Of a stretch of 64,000 nt of DNA, positions 1 to 12,908 are shown one piece after another. The position numbers were made by a program, and so were the translations under genes. A model generated the notes under the pieces. The model was not told where the DNA came from. It made no database searches and saw only the letters and a program-made list of their open reading frames with translations. The DNA comes from Octopus vulgaris. Its lineage: Eukaryota. The stretch lies in contig OX597837.1 in the NCBI GenBank assembly GCA_951406725.2, forward strand, positions 33,604,001-33,668,000, read 5' to 3'. Within the stretch, counting starts at the first letter, position 1; the number at the start of each line of letters is the position of its first letter.

Positions 1-242
1 TTGCCAAACTGCTAGGTTATGGAGATGTAAACAAACCAACACCAGTTATCTAGCAGTGGTGGGACACACACACACAACAGGCTTCCACACAGTTTCCATA
101 TAGCAAATTCTCTCACAAGGCATTGGTTAATCCAGTATTATATATTTGAAAAAAAAAATGAATAGGAATGGCCATGCTGGAGTACTGCCTTGAAGAGTTG
201 AATCAAACAAAATATATAATGACTTTCTATTTCTTATCCTAC

Positions 243-292
<50 letters not shown>

Positions 293-296
<4 letters not shown>

Positions 297-412
297 CCTG
301 CTCGCTTAGCCAGCGGGGTGGCATCATTTGAAGGCTAAAACAATGCGAACGCATTGTGACCAGCGATATGTAACAACATCTGATGGTCTGGTACCACACA
401 GCCGGTCACGTG
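293..412. mobile_element. Short complex-sequence insert within a (TA)n tract, probably the end of a TA-targeting element
   Basis: About 120 bp of CpG-containing sequence ending ggtcacgtga, flanked on both sides by (TA)n; family not identified. Confidence 0.4.
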
Positions 413-445
<33 letters not shown>

Positions 446-1164
446 TACACACATGCACACACAGACACATTTGGCTTTCATTTCTGTCTGTCTTTACTTA
501 ACTTATGAGTGGTTTCACTCTCTTTTCCGTTTCAAAGGGATTGTATTGCACCTGAGCAATGTATACAATCATCTCATTATTATCTTCATTATACACACAC
601 ACACACACACACAACAGACATATTCATTCTTTACTGAAGTCGTCTGTGGGTTTCCTCCTCTTCCTCACCTCCTCCTCCTCTTTACCATGCTCTAATAAAT
701 AGATGACTCTTTCTCTTTGTTCTCTAGGTTCATGTCTGCTGTGATTTCTACACCCTTCTTTCTCTCTTCTCTCTGTCTCTATACTTTCATCTCGCTGCTG
801 TTGTTTAGCCACAGGTCTGCCTTGGTTGACCAGCCTCTGGTCAAACATGTCCCGATCATGACGGCATAGTATATCTAGGATGACACTAAGCAGATATGTT
901 TGGCCTGCCTTCTTTAGCACAGTAGGATGTGGTTTTGAAAGATTTTATAAGTATTTCTAGCAATTTGGGTTACGTCTTGAAAGCCTTCTTCCTTATCAGC
1001 CAGGTGTCTTTTTGTTTATATATAAGCATCAATGAACACAATGTAGATGTATGTATGCATGCATGCTTGGTTTTCTTTTTCTCTCGCATCACTATATATG
1101 TGTGTGTGTGTGTGTGTATGTGTATAAATATAGATATGTCTGCATGTACATACGTGTACATGTT

Positions 1165-1202
<38 letters not shown>

Positions 1203-1204
<2 letters not shown>

Positions 1205-1800
1205 CGCAGGAGTGGCTGTTTGGTAAGTAGCTTGCTTACCAACCACATGGTTCCGGGTTCAGTCCCACTCTGTGGCATCTTGGGCAAGTGTCTTCTGCTA
1301 TAGCCTCGGGCCGACCAATGCCCTGTGAGTGGATTTGGTAGACGGAAACTGAACGAAGTCTGTCGTATATATGTATGTGTGTGTATATAGTTGTGTGTCT
1401 GTGTTTGTCCCCCTAGCATTGCTTGACAACCGATGCTGGGGTGTTTACGTCCCCGTCACTTAGTGGTTCAGCAAAAGAGACCAATAGAATAAGTACTGTG
1501 TGGCACCTTGGGCAAGTGTCTTCTACTATAGCCTCGGGCCAACCAAAGCCTTGTGAGAGGATTTGGTAGACGCAAATTGAAAGAAGCCTATCGTACACAC
1601 ACACACACACACACATACAAATATATGAATGCATGTGTCTGTGTTTGTGCCCCACAACTGATATTAGTGTATTTATGTTTTTGTAACTTAGCGGTTTGGC
1701 AAAAGATACCAATAGAGCAAGTACTGGGCTTACAAAGAATTAGTCCTGGGGTTCAGCATGGCCACGGTCAAATGACTGACAGAAATAAAAGAAAAAAGGA
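1203..1800 (+). mobile_element. tRNA-derived SINE family A: near-full copy followed by a 5'-truncated second copy
   Basis: Head ggcgcaggagtggctgtttggtaag...ggttcagtccc (A/B-box-like), internal (TA/TG)n, body restarts at about 1497; same sequence recurs more than 12 times in the window. Confidence 0.9.
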
Positions 1801-1819
1801 TACATGATGTCTATGTATT

Positions 1820-2162
1820 GGTTTCCGTCGCTGGATTGTGGCCATGCTGGAGTACTGCCTTGAAGAGTTCCAACAAACAAAAATCAACCTCAGTACTTAT
1901 TTCTAAGTTTGATACTTATTGGTCTTTTTTCACCAAACTACTAAGTTATGGGGATGTAAACAAACCAACACCAGTTATCTGGGTATGGTGGGGCACATAT
2001 ACAACAGGCTTCCTCACAGTTTCCACATAGCAAATTCACTCGCAAGGCATTGGTCGACCCAGGACTGCAGTAGAAGACACTTGCACAAAGTACCACATGG
2101 GATTGAACCCCAAAACCACATGATTGCAAAGCAAGCTTCTTAACCACAAAGCCACGCCTGCA
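1820..2162 (-). mobile_element. SINE family A, diverged copy
   Basis: Reverse complement of the family A tail, body and head. Confidence 0.8.
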
Positions 2163-2407
2163 ACTATATATATATATAATGTTGTTCTGGTCACATTAGA
2201 CTGTGGCCATGCTTAGGCACTGCTTTGAAGAATTTTTGTAGAACTTGCCCCCCACCCCGTACTTAGTTTTGTTTCAAGTCTTATTCTCATTCTATCAGTC
2301 TCTTTCACCAAACCACTAAGTTATGGGGGAGTAAACACGGCAACAATTGTTGAGCAGTGATGGGGGACAAACATAGTTAAAAATGAACACACACACACAA
2401 AATTAAT

Positions 2408-2804
2408 AGGAGTGGCTGTGTGGTAAGTAGCTTGCTTACTAACCACATGGTTCCGGGTTCAGTCCCACTGCGTGGCACCTTGGGCAGGTGTCTTCTACTA
2501 TAGCCTCGGGCCGACCAATGCCTTGTGAGTGGATTTGGTAGACGGAAACTGAAAGAAGCCCGTCATATATGTATATATATATATATATATGCGTTTGTGT
2601 GAGTGTGTTTGTCCCCCTAGCATTGCTTGACAACCGATGCTGGTGTGTTTATGTCCCCGTTACTTAGCGGTTCGGCAAAAGAGACCGATAGAATAAGTAA
2701 TGGGCTTACAAAAGAATAAGTCCCGGGGTCGAGCTGCTCGATTAAAGGCGGTGCTCCAGCATGGCCACAGTCAAATGACTGAAACAAGTAAAAGAGTAAA
2801 AGAG
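2408..2804 (+). mobile_element. SINE family A, full length
   Basis: aggagtggctgtgtggtaag...cagtcaaatgactgaaacaagtaaaagagtaaaagag. Confidence 0.92.
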
Positions 2805-2893
2805 TATACCCACTCTACTATTGACCAGTATATGGGAGCATATTTTTTTCTGACTCATGAATTTTTAGATCTCTTTCTCTCTGTTTATATATA

Positions 2894-3279
2894 TCTCTCT
2901 CTATATAAACGGCAGTTTGTCTGTGTGTGTTTCTGTGTGTCTGTTTGGTTGTACCCTCACACTGACCATGGCTTTCAACCGATTCTGATGAAACTTGACA
3001 CACACATAGCCCAATGTCATAATTCAAAACTAACGCAGCGAAAATTTTGAAAAGTTCCCCAGTTCTGAAAAAATCGATAAATTCGACATGGGGTCGAGAA
3101 TCAGAAACACAAACCACAGACTGTCTAGGGGACGCAACTCGACCTTTTTTAACCCTCAAAAAAAAATTTACCATCATTTTTTTTTCCATTTTTTTGCTAT
3201 TTTTTTGGCTATAACTCTCTAAAAATGCTTTATAGTTATTTCCCTTACAAACCTGAGCAACGCCGGGCGATACTGCTAG
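2894..3279 (+). mobile_element. Non-autonomous Helitron
   Basis: Starts TC after A, ends CTAG before T, with subterminal GC-rich hairpin-like cctgagcaacgccggg; no TSD; 3' end shared with 14569-14960. Confidence 0.8.
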
Positions 3280-3859
3280 TAATGTATAAATCCTGTGTAT
3301 ACCCACTTCATTTTTCTCACTAAAGTTGTCAATCAGCACCAGTGCTGCTGCTGCTACTCTTCCCCTTTTGTATATTATTATTATTACTGTTTATTCTGCA
3401 ATAAATAGGTGACACAGAATATTTTTTTTTACTTTTCCATCCATTGTTCTATATTGTTTGGTTGTGGTCAACCTATTTCTCTGCCTCTATAACTCCTACC
3501 TTTCTTCCTTGTGTATGTGTGTGTATATATACATATGTGTGTGTGTGTGTGTGTTGACTATTGGCAGATGGTTATCATTCCTCTTGCTCTGTCACCCCCC
3601 CCCCCCCAGTATTCATAAGGGGTGGGAGACTTGCAGCTGAGGTTTACTTATCCAGTTCATCTCCACCCTGCTCTCACCTGCCTCTGATGTCTACTTGTTT
3701 AGCTATCTCGGCAGATAGCTCACCTCTTAAAACTGGTATCGGGTTAGGGGGGTTAGGAGAGGGGGCATGTTGCCGACCTAGTAGTGGGGCGGGGAGTAAA
3801 CTACTCTTTTGATTATTCTCCACACCATGTCTTTTTACTGCAGAGTAAGACACCCAGGG

Positions 3860-4050
3860 GTTAGTTAGTTAGTTAATTTTTTGGCTCAAAAGCAAAAAGC
3901 AAGGCCATGTAGGGGGACATGGTGTTATGTACAGGGTGGTGTTCATGTAAAGACTTCAGGCCACTTGAGGTCAAGGGAGACTTTGAACAAAGCGGTTGTC
4001 GGCATCTTCACCATCTCGTCTGGCAGCTTGTTCCACGGATCTGCAACCGG
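3860..4050 (-). mobile_element. CR1-type LINE 3' fragment with (CTAA)n tail
   Basis: Minus strand encodes VADPWNKLPDEMVKMPTTALFKVSLDLKWPEVFT*, a typical CR1 ORF2 C-terminus; sister copy at 42089-42311. Confidence 0.85.
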
Positions 4051-4291
4051 GGGGGTGGTGAAGGGGTTAATCTAGTTTCAGTCCCATTGCTTGTGCTGAT
4101 CCCAAGGCTTTGGTAGAAGACCCATTCCTCGGGTGACACTCAGTAAAATTGAACCCAGAGTTTCCTAATCCTTTCCTTACCATATATCTGTTGAAGCCCA
4201 CAGCCTTTGTTTTGGTTAATTTTGAAACTTTGAAGAATTTAGTAAAATAACATCATTATAAATCTGATATTTGAAACTCAAATTGGGTAAA

Positions 4292-4598
4292 AAGGGTGAA
4301 GACCTTTTCCAGTCATGAATGACCATGGGATTGCACCTAGGAAGTTCCCCTCTGGGCAGTCACCCATGTATACCAGTCTCCCCTCTCCCTACCACCCATG
4401 TTATCAAAGGGTAAGGCAAAGGCTGATACAGCTTGGCATCAGTGATGTTGCAACTCATTTTTACAGCTGAGTGAACTGGAGCAATGTGAAATAAAGTATC
4501 TTGCTCAAGAACACAACACACAGCCTGGTATGGGAATTGAACTCACTACCTCATGATTGTGAACCCAGTGCTCTAACCACTGAGCCATGTGCTTTCAC
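4292..4598 (-). mobile_element. tRNA-derived SINE with CORE-like central domain
   Basis: Minus strand: tggctcagtggttagagc...gagttcaattccc head, then gtgttcttgagcaagatactttatttcacattgctccagttcactcagctgtaaaaatgag; its 3' part matches the 46.3-47.8 kb satellite unit. Confidence 0.8.
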
Positions 4599-4632
4599 AG
4601 ATTGGCTTGAAATATAATGTAGGGTTTTAAAG

Positions 4633-5466
4633 CAGCGCTGTGGAGTCAGTCGGAAACAATTAAGGAGTAGCTGGAGTCTGAGTCAGTAAAACTATACCGA
4701 CTCTTATTCTGACTCCCAATATCTTTATTCTTTAATATAAACCAGTTATAATAATAATCAATACCGGAAGTTCCTCAATACCAGAAGTTCCTACACCAAT
4801 ACCGGAAGTTTCAACCCCTGTCTTACTTGACTATCCCCCCCCAAGTATACCCCCACTCGCACCTCTATGTAGGGTTTATTTGATCATATAGCGCAGCGCC
4901 GCCTCGACTGGCTTCCGTGTTGGTGGCACGTAAAATGCACCAATCCGACCGTGGCCGTTGCCAGCCTCGCCTGGCACCTGTGCAGGTGGCACATAAAAAG
5001 CACCCACTACACTCACGGAGTGGTTGGCGTTAGGAAGGGCATCCAGCTGTAGAAACATTACCAGATAAGACCGGAGCCTGGTGCAGCCTTCTGGCTTCCC
5101 AGATCCCCGGTCGAACCACCCAACCCATGCTAGCATGGAGAACGGACGTTAAACGATGATGATGATGATGATGATAACATATAGGCCTACACAAAGTAAA
5201 AACATATGCATATGAGATATGTAGACCATAATCACTTGATTACATAAAGGGAAGTCAGAGGTGCGAAAAGTAGAGTCCGGGTTTGTAAAACTATACCGAC
5301 TCTGATTCCGACTCCTAATATCTTAATTCTTTAATATAAACCAGTTGTAACATGTAGGCCCACTCAAAGTACAAGCGTATGCTTTATGAGATAGGTAAAC
5401 CACAATCACATAATTACATAAAGAAGAGTCGGAGTCAAAGTATCTTGCTTCGACTCCACAACCCTG
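4633..5466. mobile_element. hAT-like MITE with GGAGTC subterminal repeats, interrupted by a nested insertion
   Basis: Ends cagcgctgtggagtc / gactccacaaccctg; flanks gttttaaag / gttttaag (near 8-bp TSD); internal direct repeat 4680-4750 vs 5275-5350. Confidence 0.65.
4888..5172 (+). mobile_element. Family D: RTE-like LINE 3' end or RTE-tailed non-autonomous retroposon
   Basis: ggttggcgttaggaagggcatccagc...ccatgctagcatgg...ggacgttaaac(gat)n; many 5'-truncated copies share this 3' end. Confidence 0.8.
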
Positions 5467-5472
5467 GTTTTA

Positions 5473-5680
5473 AGGTAGCAAACTGGTAGAATTGTCACCA
5501 CGCTGGGCAGAATGCTTAATGGCATTTCATCCGTCTTCACATTCTGCGTTCAAATTCCACTGAGGTTGCCAGCCTTTCATCCTTCTAGGATTGATGGAAT
5601 AAATACCAGTTGATGTAAATGACTAGTTGCCCCACCTCATGAGATTGCAGGCCTTGTGCCAAAAATCGAAATCAGTATTA
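5473..5680 (+). mobile_element. SINE family B, diverged
   Basis: gttcaaattcc B-box followed by gcctttcatccttctaggattgat...taccag (Meta-domain-like). Confidence 0.75.
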
Positions 5681-6439
5681 AAGTAACTCCCAAAAGATAG
5701 AAAAGACCTTTGATTGAGTGGGGTTGTCGAAAAGAGGGAGCTGTCCTTGACCAAGAACAGATGTCTTGCTCTAGAGAAGATACATGGCCCCAATTATATA
5801 CACCAGCTTGTACTTATTTCACTGACCCCAATAGGATAAGGAGTAAAGTTCACTTCAGCTGGATTTAAACAGGTCATAAAGAGCTGAAACAAATTCCTCA
5901 AAGTGCTTTATCCAGCACTCTCATAATTCTGCCAATGTTGTTGTTGTATTTACTGTGGTGTAAAGAAGCCAGGATGATTTGGGGGCACTGTAAAATTTTT
6001 CCATTCCCTTGAGTGTTTGTGTGCCTGTTTTTTTCGGGGGGGGGGGGGTTGTGTTTTTTTTGTCTTATGGCCATTGTGAAGAGGAGTGCATCTGTTTTGT
6101 TGTGGTTTTTATTGTAATGACAGCCCAGTAGGAGCATTGGGCCTTTTTAATATTTTTGAAGCTTTGAAATTTTCATGTTTTTGTTAAAAACAAACAACAA
6201 AAAAGAAAAGACAAATAGCATTGAACCATTCTGTATTATTAATATTTGATCTTGCATAACAAAAGAAAGTGAAAATGAAGTTTGGCAGAGAAAGTGAGAG
6301 GGGGGGTTTCTTTCTTTCTTTTTTTTTTGTGTTCTCCAAAGTCTAGTGTTTATGCGGCTGCAATTGAAACTGATAACAATGTTGTTGTCATGGTAACAAA
6401 AACACAGCCAAATAACGATGTCAAACACAATAGCATGAC

Positions 6440-6700
6440 CATCACCACTGCTATCAGTACCAACAACACAACCGCCACTACCGCCAACAATACAATCAAC
6501 CATCAACACACCCACCGACACAACCACACCCACAACCACCAACACAACCATACCCACCACCACAACCACCACCACTACCACAACCACCACCACCAACAAA
6601 ACCACACCCACCACCACCAACAAAACCACCACCACCACCAACACAACCACACCCACCACCACCACCACCACCACAACAACCACCACTACCATCGTCAAAC
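6440..6700. repeat. Degenerate (CAC/AAC)n trinucleotide tract
   Basis: Visible directly; source of the His-rich and poly-Val ORFs. Confidence 0.9.
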
Positions 6701-6957
6701 CACTGTGGAGGAAAATGAATAGAGCAGAAACAACAGCAAGAATAGGGTTTCCCCCATGGTTGGGAGCCTTAAAGGGGACAAGGTACATTAACAAAAATCT
6801 CGCAACAAGTGGTAACTCTGCCATCTTCTCAATTGCTCTGTTACTACTGCCACATTCATTCTGGTTTCTGGTAATACCACCACCACCACTACCACCACCA
6901 CAGCAACAAAACATCTGGTGAGAACACGCAGGAATAAAGTGACAAATTTCTCAAATA

Positions 6958-7370
6958 GGTGCAGGTATGGTTTTGTGTGTGTGGTAAAAAGTTTGCTTCC
7001 CAACCCCTTGGTTCTAGGTTCAGTCCCACTGCTTGTCACCTTCGGCAAGTGTCTTCCACTAAAGCCTCAGGCTCACCAAAACCTTAGGAGTGGATTTGGT
7101 TGAGGGGGGGAAACTGAAAGAAGCCTGTCATATATTATTTGTATGTGTGTGTCTGTGCCTGTATTTGTTCCCCACCATTGCTTGACAACCCATGTTGGTG
7201 TGTTTACATCCCTGTAACTTAGCAGTTCAACAAAAAAGACTGATAGAATAAGTATCAGCTTTAGAAAAAATGAACTAGTACTGCGGTCGATTTGATTGAC
7301 TAAAATGCTTCAAAGCGGTGCTCCAGCATGGCCACAGTCTGATGACTGGAACACGAAAAGGTATAAAAGA
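6958..7370 (+). mobile_element. SINE family A, older diverged copy
   Basis: Head, body and tail all align to family A. Confidence 0.85.
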
Positions 7371-7685
7371 AAGATTGATGACCCTGCATAATGGATATCA
7401 CAACAACAGTTGGTACCACCTCTTTTCTGTCACCAACGCCTTGTTCTCTGTAGCAACTGTAGTTCACCAGCACCCTCAACAATCACTCAAAGAAGGTGAA
7501 CATGGCAGGAGCCACCCAAAGTAACTGAATCTATTACTTGTGGAGAAAAAATATGGTAAATTGAGGTGTCTGCAACAGTTGGTGAATTTTGGAAACCAAA
7601 AAGCTTCTTTGCTTGTACAGTGTGACCTTTTTGAAGAAATAGTCAGTGAACAATGGTATGTTGGTTAAAAATCGGTTAATCCATA

Positions 7686-8560
7686 TTCTTTTCTACCCTA
7701 GGCACAAGGCCCAAAATTTTGGGGTAGGGGTCCAGTCGATTAGATTGACCCAATATGCAACTGGTATGTAATTTATCGACCTCGAAATGATGAAAGGCAA
7801 AGTTGACCTCAGTGGAATTCGAACTCAGAATGTAAAGACAGACGAAATACCGCTAAGCGTTTTGCCCAGCATGCTAACGTTTCTTATTTCTTTATTGCCC
7901 ACAGGAGCTAAACATAGAGGGGACAAACTAAGACAGACAAAGGGATTAAGTTGATTACATCGACCCCAGTCACTGTGAGGAGAGTTCCAGTTTAATCTGA
8001 TCAATGGAACAGCCCGCTTGTGATATTAACGTTAAAGCGGCTGAGCACTCTACAGGCACACATGCCCTTAACTTAGTTCTCAGGGAGATTCAGGGTGACA
8101 CAGAATATGACAAGGCTGGCCCCTTTTGAAATACAGGCACAGCTTGTTTTTGCCAGCTGAGTGAACTGGAGCAACATGAAATAAAGTGTCTTGCTCAAGG
8201 ACAAAATGCACAGCCAGGAACCACTGGAAATCATGCTACAATAACTGGCTCCCTCTTGGTTATGACAATGAGGGTTCCAGTTGATCAATGGAAAACCTGC
8301 TCATGAAATTGATGTGGCTGAGCACCTAACAAACACGTGTTCCCTTTGACGTAGTTGTCAGGGAGATGCAGCGTGATACAGAATGTGAAATGGCTGGTCC
8401 CCCCTTTGAATTACCGGTACACCTCATTTTTGCCAGCTGAGTAGACTGGAGCAATGCGAAGTAAAGTGTCTTGCTGAAGGAGACGATGCGTTGCTGGAAA
8501 TTGAACTAACAATTTTATAATAGTATGCCAAATACCAAACTGCTAAGTCCCATGCCTTCA
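7686..8560 (-). mobile_element. Cluster of SINE family B pieces (7686-7970) and two CORE-head SINEs with C-type tails (7975-8560)
   Basis: Reverse complements of gcctttcatc...gtcgataaatta and of ttgagcaagacactttatttc...ctccagttcactcagctggc. Confidence 0.75.
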
Positions 8561-9766
8561 CCAAATCAACTAATGGAACAGCAGCAACAACAAAATCCAC
8601 AACATAATACAAACAACAACAGCGAAAAATTTTGCAACATAATACAGACAAGAACAACAGACATCTGTGAAGCAGACCATGATACCAAACCTGTGCCAGA
8701 AGAAAATCTGTCAGCATTGTCCTCAGCACTCAGCACAGGAAAAGGCAAGCATACACATTGTCATTCGTTGTCTTCTTAATTGCTACAGACTTCCCCCTTG
8801 GGCCAGGGAACTTATCAGTCAACGAAGTTGACATATAAAATCAAACGAAAGCAGTCTGTATGAGAGAGAAGAGAAAGAGCTGTGCACAGCAATGGAATTG
8901 TTCTGCATGTGTTTGTTGTGTGTCCAATCATTGCTGACTTGTGCTGTTGTGTTCAGCAGCTGCCGTCGCAGCACGTGGGACAAATGCAGCTATCAGATGA
9001 GTTTATGGTGATGACTGGCCTTGCCACCCTTCAGTCGGGCAGAAGAGGCAGTTTTCCTGTTTGGTAACTGAGGTTGAGACTTGCTCTTTTGGTGGGGCCC
9101 TTGTTTCCATCTACAAGTCACACATAAAAGAAAAAAAAAGAAGGCTGAGGGTGGGGAGAGAGATGCTGTTCTAGAGTGAATTTATGGAAAGTTGAGTGAA
9201 AGTGGTTTAAATGACAAGAGTGGAGGGGGGGACCACTTGAAGTATAGACCTGTAAGTTAGAGAACAAGAATTCACGAGGGCACATGCCCTTTGTGATCAA
9301 GCTGGTCTTCAATGGTGGGGTTCTTTGATTGGCCCTTAAAGTCATCCTATGTCAGGATTGCATCACTATCACTTTTTTTGTTATTATTGTATACTCGTAC
9401 CCTTTTTTTTTTATATCATCCTATTCTTTGTAAACCCCTTTATGTCTGTTCTTTGTATTGCCCTCCACCCCCTTTCATCTGTTGCCTGAGTAGCAAAGCA
9501 GTCACCATCATTACGGCAATAAAAGCTGGCTGAACTGTTAACATCTTGGGGAGAAAAGGGCATTGCAGTACTCCTTCTAGCTCATTAAGTTCTGAGTTCA
9601 AATTCTGCTGAGGTCAGCTTTGACTTTCATCCTTAAGGAGTTGATAAAATACAGTAATCCCTCGACTATTGTAGGTGTTACATTCCAACCCCCAAAATAG
9701 GGGAAAATCTGTGAAGCAGAAACAGCACTGTATATGTTTTTTAAAATCATTTTTATAATTTGTATA

Positions 9767-10181
9767 CTCTTTACTCTTTTACTCTTTTACTTGTTTCAGT
9801 CATATGACTGTGGCCATGCTGGAGCACCACCTTTAATTGAGCAACTCAACCCCGGGACTTATTCTTTTGTAAGCCCAGCACTTATTCTATTGGTCTCTTT
9901 TGCCGAACCGCTAAGTAACGGGGACATAAACACACCAGCATCGGTTGTCAAGCAATGCTAGGGGGACAAACACAGACACACAAACACATATACGCATATA
10001 TATATATATACATATCTACGACAGGCTTCTTTCAGTTTCCGTATACCAAATCCACTCACAAGGCTTTGGTTGGCCCGAGGCTATAGTAGAAGACACTTGC
10101 CCAAGGTGCCACGCAGTGGGACTGAACCCGGAACCGTATGGTTGGTAAACAAGCTACTTACCACACAGCCACTCCTGCGCC
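9767..10181 (-). mobile_element. SINE family A, full length
   Basis: (ctctttta)n tail through to cctgcgcc head on the minus strand. Confidence 0.92.
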
Positions 10182-10399
10182 TATGTATTTATTTTATTAT
10201 AAATGCAAAACAATACCACAGAGGAATCAACATAAGCTTAAACAATAAATCGCAATAGGGCGAGGGATTACCGTAAGGGCCAGTTAAGTACTAGGGGGCG
10301 GGGGTCAATGTGATCAGTTGCGTCTCTTTTAAAATTTTTGCCAAATTCAATCCCATTATTATTATTATTTGTGAAGAGTTACGTCAGTTTTTATAAAAT

Positions 10400-10508
10400 A
10401 TTATTACCTCTGCCTAAGATATTGCTTTCAGTTGTATTTGTCCATAGACAAGATATCTCAAAAACTGCTGGATGGATTTGGATGAAACTTTCAGGGGTGT
10501 TTGGCCTT
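10400..10508 (+). mobile_element. 5' fragment of the Helentron-type element seen at 20840-21204
   Basis: ttattacctctgcc...agatatctcaaaaactgctggatggatttggatgaaactttcagg matches 20840-20970. Confidence 0.7.
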
Positions 10509-10523
10509 ATTATTATTATTATT

Positions 10524-11100
10524 AAGGCAGTGAGCTGGCAGGATCGTTAGCACGCTGGGCAAATGCTTAGTGGTATTTTGTCCATCTTTATGTTCTGAGT
10601 TCAAATTCCGCGAATGTCTACTTTACCTTTTGTCCTTTTCAGGTCAATAAAATAAGTACCAGTTCAACACTGGGGTTGATATATCCCATCCCCCGAAATT
10701 GCTGGCCTTGTGCCAAAATTTGAGATTATTATTATTATTATTATTATTAAGGTGGCAAGCTGGGTAAAATGCTTAGCGGTAATTACGTCGTTACGTTCTG
10801 AGTTCAAATTCCGCCGAGGTCGACTTTGCCTTTCATCCTTTCAGGGTCAATAAATAAAGTACCAGTTATGCACTGGGGTCGATATAATCGACTTAATCCG
10901 TTTGTCTGTTCTTGTTTGTCCTCTCTGTGTTTAGCCCCTTGTGGGTAGTAATGAAATAGGTATTTCGCCTGTCTGTATGATCTGAGTTCAAATTCCGCCG
11001 AGGTCGACTTTGCCTTTCATCCTTTCGGAGTCGATAAATTAAGTACCAGTGAAATACTGGGGATTAGTGTTATCAACTAGTCCCCTCCACCCAAATTGAA
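10524..11100 (+). mobile_element. Three SINE family B copies separated by or ending in (ATT)n
   Basis: Repeated gagttcaaattccgccgaggtcgactttgcctttcatcctttc...gtaccag. Confidence 0.88.
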
Positions 11101-11218
11101 ACCATCATTATTATTATTATTATTATTATTTCTTCTATTGTATTCTCATCTCTCTTCCCTGTGTCTTTCTCTTATTCCCCCGTCTCTCTCTCTCTCTCTC
11201 TCTTTCTCTCTTTCTCTT

Positions 11219-11258
<40 letters not shown>

Positions 11259-11751
11259 ATTTGAATACGACTCCATCTGGGATCGACCTTGTCTCTTCTC
11301 TTCACCCTTTTGCGTTGGCAGTGGAGAGGTGGGGGGGGGAGGCAAAAGGGAATACCTGTAATATATTGGGGTCGGTCGATTCAGGTGTTTCTTGTTGCAC
11401 CAACAGCCACTTTGACTAAAAGGAAACAAAAATAAAACCTTTATCAAGTTCATGACTGTTTAGCAACCAACTACCATTTAAGGTGATGTAGAGCGTGTGT
11501 GTGTGTTGTCTTTGGTGCTACTGTACCTAATGCTTTACTCCCCCCCTCCACTACCTATCTACTATTCTGCTGTAGCTGCTGCTGCTGTACTTGCAACATT
11601 ATCCTCTCCCTACTTTCCCCCCACTCCTCCTCCTCCTCTCTCCCTCATCACTCATGGCTGCACTCTCCTGCACTACCAATGGCTGCTGTTGTTTATGTTG
11701 TTGTCGATGTGGTCGTCGTCGTCATTGCTGCCTTTTTTTTTTTTGTTTTTG

Positions 11752-12550
11752 ACGTTGTTTAGCCCCGGGTCAGCTTTCAACCAACCGGGCAGACCCATTT
11801 CAATTGTGGCCATCTTGCCTTTTTGCTACCTGTAGGGCCACCTTATTTTTGATACATCAGCTGCTATTTCTAGCACGGTAAAAGCTGACAGACACTTATG
11901 TTGTTTAACCCTGGGCTAACTGTGATCAAGTAAACCCATGATCAAAGCTACTCCACTAGTGACCATCCTGTCTTTTTGTACCTGTAGGACCACATGATTC
12001 AATACATTGGCTGGTGTTTCTAGCACGTCAAGATAAGATAGACACTTATGTTGTTGTTTAGCCCTAGGCTAACTTCAAGCAGGCTTATAGAGCTATTCTA
12101 GTGGTGACCATCTCGCCATTTTTTTTTATTTCTGGGACTGCATTATTTAATGCTTCAGCTGCTATTTCTAGCATGTCAAACAGTGATAGAGATGCTCCTA
12201 ATGTTGTTATTGTTTAACCTCAGGTCAACTCTGACTGAGCAAACCTTTGATCAAAGGCTTTCCAATTGTGACCAACCTGTCTACTTGTACCTGTTGGACT
12301 AAATTATTGAATATCTTGGCTGCTATTTCTAGCATGTCAAGCAATAATAGAGATGCTCCTTTTGTTCTTTTCATTGAGTCCCAGGTTAACTCTCACTGAT
12401 TAAAGGCATTCCACTCATGACCATCCTGTCTTTTCAGGGAGGGGTATGTGGTGTCCCACATAATCTAGTTTGCTTATTTAAGACAGCAGGGTGGGATTTG
12501 AGGGAGGTTTGACTGCCATTTCTAGCAGACTGAACAACTATGTAGAGGGA
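11752..12550 (+). repeat. Tandem array of about 5 diverged ~150-bp units of a dispersed repeat (family E)
   Basis: Unit ttgtttagcccc...gtgaccatc...gctgctatttctagca starts near 11755, 11900, 12055, 12210 and 12370; solo copies near 800, 28050 and 57630. Confidence 0.75.
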
Positions 12551-12908
12551 GAGGCTCTATTGTTAGCTTGTTTTGCTGTTGTTGAAATCATTGTTTTTGT
12601 TATTATTGACAGTGGAGAAAACATCATTCTGACATATTTAGAAATAATGTCTTGCACTTGGCTATTGATCTATGGTGTAATTCTGTCTGTGTGTATGGTT
12701 TGTACACACACACACACATGCACATTCTTAAATACAAATACACATCTCTTACATGCATTCATTTCTCTCTCTTTAATAATAATAATAATAATGGGCACAA
12801 GGCCTGAAATTTTTGGGGAGGGAGCTAGTCAATAACATCAACCCTAGTATTTGACTGGTACTTAATTTATTGACCCCCAACAGGAATAATAGTAATCATA
12901 ATAATAAT

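Noticed and set aside
624-920. 98-aa charged minus-strand ORF and a plus-strand acceptor-like site at 727
   Set aside because: Overlaps a family E repeat and CT-rich low complexity; no recognisable protein
3860-3875. (TTAG)n resembling a telomeric repeat
   Set aside because: It is the (CTAA)n tail of the adjacent CR1-type LINE fragment, and recurs at 42089
6147-6914. 255-aa poly-Val ORF and 146-aa His/Asn-rich ORF
   Set aside because: Both are translations of a degenerate (CAC/AAC)n tract with no domain or splice context
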